Assembly (NCBI GenBank): GCA_030141605.1
Contig: JAQGDQ010002392.1
Location: 1 to 64,000 of the forward strand
DNA: 64,000 nucleotides
Reading direction: 5' to 3'
Source of the DNA: Tubiluchus corallicola
Lineage: Eukaryota; Animalia; Priapulida
The stretch's first letter is position 1; every line of letters starts with the position of its first letter. A program made the position numbers and the translations under genes. The notes under the pieces were generated by a model, which saw only the letters and a program-made list of their open reading frames with translations, had not been told where the DNA came from and did no database searches. Below are positions 58,764 to 64,000 of this stretch, in pieces.

Positions 58764-58870
58764 ATATAATTATTTTACTTTTAATTTCAAAAAAACGGGA
58801 TACTTTTAAAAACAAATATTAATTGAAAAGACAGCTAAACAACTAAAAAAAATAAGATAACAACTACGCT

Positions 58871-61510
58871 ATGTTATACGAAGATTTACAAGGTAAAAGA
58901 GAAAGTAAAGACATACCCCAAACAATAGCAGACATAAAAGAGAGGCAACCCTTTTATATAAAACATCTCTCCAAACCATTAAGAGACTATCAATACCAAG
59001 CCCTTGCTCATTTAGACTATGTTTTTAATGACAAAGACCTTTATCTTGAAAACCAAATTAACACACACCTACTTTTCAATATGGCAACGGGTAGTGGTAA
59101 GACATTAGTAATGGCAAGTAACATACTCTACTTTTACGAGCAAGGCTACCGTAACTTTATCTTTTTTGTCAATAGAAATGTAATAGTCAATAAAACCAAA
59201 GAAAACTTTTTGAAAGAAGACAGCCCCAAATATCTTTTTACCCCTACCATAACCTACAATAGCGAACAAATACAAATCAATGAAGTAAGTAATTTTGATG
59301 AGGCAAACGACAAAGACATCAACATTATTTTCACCACTATCCACAATCTGCATACCAAACTAAATGACAATAGAGAAAACCAGATAAGTGCTGAAAGCCT
59401 AAAAGACACAAAAGTAGTTTTACTCTCTGATGAAGCCCACCACCTTAACAGTAAAATCTATCAAGACGTAGAAGATAATGAACGTACTTGGGGAGGAACT
59501 ATTAATAAGATATTAGAGACTAACCCCGAGCATATACTACTGGAATACACTGCCACCGTAGATTTAGAAAATGAAAAGATAGCTAATAAATACCAAGACA
59601 AGCTACTCATAAAATACAGCCTCAAAGAATTTTGGGAAGACACCTATTCTAAAGATATATATACCCTACTTACCAATACCAACCTTAAAGACCGCATACT
59701 CATAGGAATATTGATGAGCTATTACCGTGAGTTAGTAGCCATAAACAACAGCATAAACTTAAAGCCTATCATACTGGTAAAATCTAAAGACATTAAAAAA
59801 TCAAAGAAAGAAAGTCAAGAATTTTTAAACATAGTAGCCCACCTTACAGAAGGAGATATAAACCAAATAGCCCAACAAAAAGACCCACTTATACAAAGAG
59901 CCTTCAACTATTTTAAACAACACAACGTAGATAGCCAAGACTTAATCATACGACTTAAACAAAGATTTACCCAAGAGGTAACCCGCATTATCAACTCCAA
60001 AAACAAAAACTGGGTAGGCATCAAGGAAGATACTATAGAAGAACTAAACAACTTAGAAAATAACAATATACGCATTATCTTTTCTGTAAATATGCTCAAC
60101 GAAGGTTGGGATGTGTTAAACCTCTACGATATTATAAGACTGGATGAAACCGACAGCACCAACAAAAAAACTACCACCAGCGACCAACAGCTAATAGGTA
60201 GAGGATGTAGATATTACCCCTTTACTTACCAAGACAAAGACCCTTACAAAAGAAAGTTTGACAAAGACCTAAACAACGATTTAAGATGTTTAGAAGAACT
60301 CTACTACCATAGTAAAAATAACCAGCGATACATTGAAGCCCTCCGTACAGAATTAGAAAAAGAAGGCTTACCCATAATGAACCAGCAAAGGCAAACAGTA
60401 GAAGTTAAACTCAAAGAAAGTTTTAAAACAACAGACTTTTACCTCAATGGTTTTTTCTTTCAAAACAGAAAAATAAAAAAAGACAAAGCAAAAATTACAA
60501 GCATTGAAGATTATAAGGTAGAACCCAAATACTCCTTTGATATAAGCCCTCAACTCAATGTAACAAGCCAACAAGAGCTAAACAAAAACAATAATAAAAA
60601 CGAAAATACAGGAACAAAAGATAAAGAACTATTTAACAAAGAAATACGCCTTGCAGATATACCCTACAAAATACTTTACAAGGCTATGATGAAAAATACT
60701 TTTTACAACTTTAACAACCTTAAAAGCTACTATCCCAATTTACAGAGTAAAAAAGAGTTTGTTACAGACTATTTAAAAGATATTACCTCAGAATATAAAA
60801 CCACAGATACCAGTATAAGTCCTAATAATACCTTCTTGTTAAGATTGTCCGTATTGTTTTTTAATACTATTGAAAGAACAATGAAAAAGAACAATTACGA
60901 TTATGAAGGCACAACCAGCTTAGACCATCCAATACCCACAAAGGAAGTCATAAAAACTTATGAAAGAGAGTTTAAGCAAATCAAAATTGATGAAAAAGGA
61001 GAGGGACACTCCTTCAATGCAAGAAAACACCTATTCAACAATATTGACTTAGCAGGAGAAAACAATAGTTGGTATATATTTGAAGACAACTACGGTACAG
61101 AAGAAGAAAAAAGACTGATAGAATTTATACACAGCAAAGAACTCTACAACAATTATAAACAATTTTACCTGATAAGAAACCATTATGCTATAAAATACTA
61201 TGACTATACTACTGGGCGAGGCTTTGAACCCGACTTTGTATTGTTTATAGAAACACAAGAACAAGAAAAACGACAAATATTTATAGAACCCAAAGGAGAA
61301 CACCTTTTGGAAAGCGACCAGTGGAAAGAAGACTTTTTACTAAGTTTAGAAGAAATAACCAAGAAAAACCCAATAACCTATCATCAACACGAAAATTTAA
61401 CCATTATAGGACTACCCTTTTTCAATAACTCCTCACAAAAAATAAATACAAAATTTGAAAAGTCATTTAATGAAAAAATTAACTTAACCAAACAACAGAC
61501 ACAAACCTAA
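58871..61510 (+). CDS. res: Type III R-M restriction subunit Res
   Basis: MATGSGKT, DEAHH, EGWD and QLIGRG helicase motifs; PD-(D/E)xK nuclease FEPDF...IEPKG. Confidence 0.92.
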   Translation: MLYEDLQGKRESKDIPQTIADIKERQPFYIKHLSKPLRDYQYQALAHLDYVFNDKDLYLENQINTHLLFNMATGSGKTLVMASNILYFYEQGYRNFIFFVNRNVIVNKTKENFLKEDSPKYLFTPTITYNSEQIQINEVSNFDEANDKDINIIFTTIHNLHTKLNDNRENQISAESLKDTKVVLLSDEAHHLNSKIYQDVEDNERTWGGTINKILETNPEHILLEYTATVDLENEKIANKYQDKLLIKYSLKEFWEDTYSKDIYTLLTNTNLKDRILIGILMSYYRELVAINNSINLKPIILVKSKDIKKSKKESQEFLNIVAHLTEGDINQIAQQKDPLIQRAFNYFKQHNVDSQDLIIRLKQRFTQEVTRIINSKNKNWVGIKEDTIEELNNLENNNIRIIFSVNMLNEGWDVLNLYDIIRLDETDSTNKKTTTSDQQLIGRGCRYYPFTYQDKDPYKRKFDKDLNNDLRCLEELYYHSKNNQRYIEALRTELEKEGLPIMNQQRQTVEVKLKESFKTTDFYLNGFFFQNRKIKKDKAKITSIEDYKVEPKYSFDISPQLNVTSQQELNKNNNKNENTGTKDKELFNKEIRLADIPYKILYKAMMKNTFYNFNNLKSYYPNLQSKKEFVTDYLKDITSEYKTTDTSISPNNTFLLRLSVLFFNTIERTMKKNNYDYEGTTSLDHPIPTKEVIKTYEREFKQIKIDEKGEGHSFNARKHLFNNIDLAGENNSWYIFEDNYGTEEEKRLIEFIHSKELYNNYKQFYLIRNHYAIKYYDYTTGRGFEPDFVLFIETQEQEKRQIFIEPKGEHLLESDQWKEDFLLSLEEITKKNPITYHQHENLTIIGLPFFNNSSQKINTKFEKSFNEKINLTKQQTQT

Positions 61511-61563
61511 ATTTCACACCTCATTTTTAGAGGCTTTTGTCTTTAAAAGTCTAAAATATTTTA

Positions 61564-61881
61564 GTGTCCCTACCAAATTATTTTATGTCCATAGTTTGTA
61601 GCAAATACCACAGACAGAACATTACGAAGGAAAACCCAAAGACACTTCCGCACTGTAATAAGAGAGAGAAAACACCCTCTACCGACCCCCAGTCTTTTAT
61701 ACAATTTCTTTTCTTTCAAATAGCAGATATTAAATATTGTATCACACTTACTTCCGATGCCAAAACAAGAAAATATCTTACAGAGCTGATAGATATTTAC
61801 AAGCTGCATATCAATAGCCTCACAGTATTTCTTTCTCAACACATTTTACAAGATTTAGAACAAGAAAAAAAGAAACAATAA
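61564..61881 (+). CDS. Small protein A, copy 2 (start uncertain)
   Basis: QIADIKYCITLTSDAKTRKYLTELIDIYKL is homologous to 56062-56272. Confidence 0.5.
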   Translation: MSLPNYFMSIVCSKYHRQNITKENPKTLPHCNKREKTPSTDPQSFIQFLFFQIADIKYCITLTSDAKTRKYLTELIDIYKLHINSLTVFLSQHILQDLEQEKKKQ

Positions 61882-61892
61882 ACCCCTAACCT

Positions 61893-62114
61893 ATGAACCT
61901 CAAAAAAGAAATAAAACGAATAGATACTATTATAGATTGTTTAGAATTTATATTACAACTACAAGAACGCTGTATATCCACCCAACCCTTACAAGGCCTT
62001 ATAATGAAATACTTTATTGCAAACTATAAGCTAAATACGGAGGAAATAGACGAACTTTTTGCACCCGATACACAATATTTGCTACAACTATATAAACAGG
62101 TAGAGAAGGAATAA
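61893..62114 (+). CDS. Small protein B, copy 2
   Basis: Paralog of 56294-56530. Confidence 0.7.
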   Translation: MNLKKEIKRIDTIIDCLEFILQLQERCISTQPLQGLIMKYFIANYKLNTEEIDELFAPDTQYLLQLYKQVEKE

Positions 62115-62189
62115 AAAATGTTTTAAAAAAATGCTTTATATATATTTGTAAACTACAAAATAAACATAAAACTTGTAAAGCAAAAAAAC

Positions 62190-62345
62190 ACCGACTTTGA
62201 TGCCTTAACATTGGAAGAACAAAAGAAAATACTAACAAACATCTTTGACAAAAACCAAATGTGCGTAAGCTACAGCGAAAGAGACGACAAAGTTTTCAAC
62301 GTTACAGAAGAAGAGAAAAAACATAGCAAAGCATTTTACAATTAA
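62190..62345 (+). pseudogene. 3'-end remnant of a second mod gene
   Basis: DFDALTLEEQKKILTNIFDKNQMCVSYSERDDKVFNVTEEEKKHSKAFYN* versus the Mod C-terminus DFDNLTLEEQKELLIRTLDKNQLYIPYSEIDD. Confidence 0.8.
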
Positions 62346-62351
62346 ACAACA

Positions 62352-63368
62352 ATGACAGATAAACCCGTAAAATATAGCGATGAACTAAGTGAATTTATAC
62401 TATACACCACCCCCAATGGAGATGTAAGAGTAAATGTATATATCCACAACGAGACAATATGGCTTACACAAAAGTCTATATCAGCATTATTTAATGTGGG
62501 CATTCCTGCAATTAGTAAACACTTAAATAATATTTTTGAAAGTGGAGAACTAAAGGAAAAGTCAGTTGTTTCCATTTTGGAAACAACTGCCTCCGATGGT
62601 AAAACCTATAATACAAAATTTTATAACCTTGATGCTATCATTTCAGTAGGTTATAGAGTAAATAGCCAAAGAGCCACACAATTTAGAATATGGGCAACGC
62701 AAACATTAAAAGAGTATATCATAAAAGGCTTTGCTATAGATGATGACAGACTAAAAAACAACTCTACTTTACTGGGCAAAGACTATTTTAAAGAACTATT
62801 AGAGAGAATACGTTCTATACGCACAAGTGAAAGACGTATATACCAACAAATAACCGATATATTTAGAGAATGTAGTATAGACTATGATAAAAACTCAACA
62901 ATAACAAAAAACTTCTATGCCAATGTTCAAAATAAATTTCACTATGCTATACACGGAAATACTGCGGGAGAACTAATATACAAAAGAGTAGATAGCAAAA
63001 AAGATAATATGGGACTTAGAACTTGGAAGAACTCACCAGATGGAAGAATTTTGAAAAGCGATACCACCATAGCCAAAAATTATTTAAACGAAAAAGAGAT
63101 TAAAAGATTAGAAAGAACAGTATCAGGCTATTTTGATTATTTAGAAAACTTAGTAGAAAACAGAGTTACCCTTAAAATGGAAGACTTAAAAAAGAGTGTA
63201 AATAAGTTTTTAGACTTCAATGAGTATAAAATATTAGATGGACTGGGTAAAATCTCCAAAGAGCAAGCAGATAGTAAAGCAAATAAAGAGTATGATGTAT
63301 TTAACAAAACACAAAAGATAGTCTCAGACTTTGACAAAATGATAAAAAAGTTAAACAAAAAAACATAA
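62352..63368 (+). CDS. RhuM-family DNA-binding protein
   Basis: ETIWLTQK, YNLDAIISVGYRVNSQRATQFRIWA, DYFKELLERIRSIRTSERR, VQNKFHYA. Confidence 0.9.
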   Translation: MTDKPVKYSDELSEFILYTTPNGDVRVNVYIHNETIWLTQKSISALFNVGIPAISKHLNNIFESGELKEKSVVSILETTASDGKTYNTKFYNLDAIISVGYRVNSQRATQFRIWATQTLKEYIIKGFAIDDDRLKNNSTLLGKDYFKELLERIRSIRTSERRIYQQITDIFRECSIDYDKNSTITKNFYANVQNKFHYAIHGNTAGELIYKRVDSKKDNMGLRTWKNSPDGRILKSDTTIAKNYLNEKEIKRLERTVSGYFDYLENLVENRVTLKMEDLKKSVNKFLDFNEYKILDGLGKISKEQADSKANKEYDVFNKTQKIVSDFDKMIKKLNKKT

Positions 63369-63434
63369 GCTATAACGAACGACACACTATTCAACATTAC
63401 CCAAGAAGAGAAAAAACACAGCAAAGAGTTTTAC
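63368..63434 (+). pseudogene. 3'-end remnant of a third mod gene
   Basis: SYNE/DTLFNITQEEKKHSKEFY, similar to 62268-62345. Confidence 0.6.
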
Positions 63435-63436
63435 TC

Positions 63437-63790
63437 GTTACCCAAAAACTCATAGCAGAGCTATTTCAAAAGTCCAAATCTACCATTAACGAGCATATCA
63501 AAAATCTATTTCAAGAAGAAGAATTAGAAGAACTTTCAGTTGTTCGGAATTTCCGAACAACTGCCTCTGATGGCAAAGATTATGATACTCTATATTACAA
63601 TTTAGATATTATCATTGCAGTAAGCTACAGAGTAAAATCTCCACAGGGTATTCATTTTAGAAAATGGGCAATGAAACAGTTAAAAGAATATATAGTCAAA
63701 GGCTTTGTAATAGATGATGAACGTTTATCCCGACTTGCCTTTTGACTACTTTGAGGAGCTATTAAAGAGAATACAAGATATTTTTATAAC
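63437..63790 (+). pseudogene. Second, truncated RhuM-family gene
   Basis: TQKLIAELFQKSKSTINEHIKNLF...TASDGKDY...YNLDIIIAVSYRV...LKEYIVKGFVIDDERL, then frameshifted DYFEELL; no start codon. Confidence 0.8.
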
Positions 63791-64000
63791 ATACAAAAAA
63801 GAGAAAGTTTTAAAGAGGAACTAAGAAAAGGTTTAGACACCTAATACATCAATAGTTTAAAAATAAAATACTGAAATTTGTTGAATTCTCACTAATTTCA
63901 AAATACTCTATTTTGTTCAAAAAATTAGTAGTTCTCTAGCTCTTATTAAGCTCTCTGTTAATTAGTCATACTGCGGCTTGTAGCAGATTTTAGTAAATTT

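Larger units (their letters stand above)
50700..63800 (+). mobile_element. Integrated element (integrase, ORF6N, Xis-like HTH, Rep-like) carrying a type III R-M system; boundaries approximate
   Basis: All genes co-oriented, marked A/C-rich plus-strand composition, mobile gene content; att sites not identified. Confidence 0.75.

Overview
AT-rich Bacteroidota (Bacteroidales-like) chromosomal window. Housekeeping blocks: Na+-pumping methylmalonyl-CoA decarboxylase operon, ffh-dapB-lepB-wbqC-panB, hisIE, trmD, tRNA-Arg and a CCA-adding enzyme. There is also a mannose/N-glycan utilisation locus (GH2, SusC/D, GH92, GH125, CutC). Four accessory regions stand out. (1) A stand-alone type VI CRISPR locus at 41.2-44.5 kb: 8 identical 36-nt repeats with unusual GGTGT...ACACC ends, followed by a compact 884-aa two-HEPN Cas13b-like effector, with no cas1/cas2/csx27/csx28. 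(2) A tandem array at 16.2-24.9 kb of six mosaic pentapeptide-repeat membrane-protein genes, bounded by seven copies of a conserved spacer and with hypervariable repeat residues. (3) Three tandem, covarying structured non-coding elements at 15.4-16.1 kb, whose fold recurs inside the mobile element at 55.9 kb. (4) An integrated tyrosine-integrase/Xis/Rep element from 50.7 kb, carrying a type III restriction-modification system and a trail of cassette remnants. All calls are from reading the sequence by eye; no database searches were run.
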